A stretch of 15,169 bases of DNA from NCBI RefSeq assembly GCF_029504745.1, contig NZ_JAQFIQ010000052.1:1-15169 (forward strand). The letters are read 5' to 3'. Positions 15,069 through 15,169 of this stretch are shown piece after piece; positions within the stretch are counted from its first letter, which is position 1; every line of letters begins with the position of its first letter. The translations under genes were made by a program, and so were the position numbers. Source of the DNA: Breznakia sp. PF5-3. GTDB taxonomy: Bacteria > Bacillota_I > Bacilli_A > Erysipelotrichales > Erysipelotrichaceae. The notes below the pieces were generated by a model that worked only from the letters and a program-made list of their open reading frames with translations, was not told the DNA's origin and did no database searches.

Positions 15069-15169
15069 AACTTACCTCCTCGTATAATATGTAATGTAAT
15101 CAAACAGAAGCATCGCCTTCAATATCGATTGCATTTACACTCTAATTAATAGATAATAGATTCGTTTTG

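Noticed and set aside
15083-15088. A + strand TATAAT hexamer pointing out of the window.
   Set aside because: There is no matching -35, and it lies antisense to the nitroreductase RBS region. Such hexamers are frequent in DNA of this composition.
15147-15160. Tandem heptamer TAATAGA x2, and the nearby ATCGAT palindrome (15123-15128), upstream of the nitroreductase gene.
   Set aside because: The repeats are too short and too AT-rich to distinguish from chance. The region is cut by the window edge, so no promoter or regulator context is available.
1-15169. A search for CRISPR repeats, IS or transposon ends, integrase or phage genes, toxin-antitoxin pairs, restriction-modification or other defence modules.
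   Set aside because: I found no spaced direct repeats, terminal inverted repeats or candidate ORFs of these kinds. Apart from the intron fragment, the gene content is metabolic, housekeeping or surface-related.

Overview
This is an AT-rich chromosomal segment from a low-GC Gram-positive (Bacillota-type) bacterium, judged from strong AGGAGG ribosome-binding sites, a lipobox and a cell-wall sorting signal. Most of it is ordinary housekeeping DNA. A complete, tightly packed histidine-biosynthesis operon hisZ-G-D-C-B-H-A-F-I-E-K runs from 115 to 8276 on the + strand, with junctions that overlap or are at most 11 nt apart. A Cof-type HAD phosphatase is its 12th cistron, and an intrinsic terminator follows at 9157-9184. 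Downstream lie a SIS-domain (UPF0309-like) gene with its own promoter, a convergent RlmI/RlmK-type SAM methyltransferase, a divergent uncharacterised lipoprotein, a secreted wall-anchored 5'-nucleotidase-family metallophosphoesterase, and a convergent aldo-keto reductase plus nitroreductase pair. I found no CRISPR array, IS element, prophage or recognisable defence genes, and I cannot honestly point to a new multi-gene system. The one clearly unusual element is at the left edge. Nt ~19-94 are not a T-box or attenuator; they fold as domain V and the branch-point domain VI of a group II intron. It looks class C (IIC)-like, with a CGC triad and a short domain V. The intron is co-oriented with the his operon and ends only ~20 nt before the hisZ start codon. 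That leaves no room for a his promoter, and it places a perfect 8-nt anti-Shine-Dalgarno (domain VI 3' strand, including the branch adenosine) opposite the hisZ SD. Secondary leads are a HutC/GntR-like palindrome inside the SIS-gene promoter with no regulator nearby, a promoter-plus-terminator unit that could be a ~90-nt sRNA or attenuator ahead of the nucleotidase gene, a non-LPXTG (KPSTG) sorting signal with a duplicated PxTGD motif, and a second phosphatase appended to the his operon.
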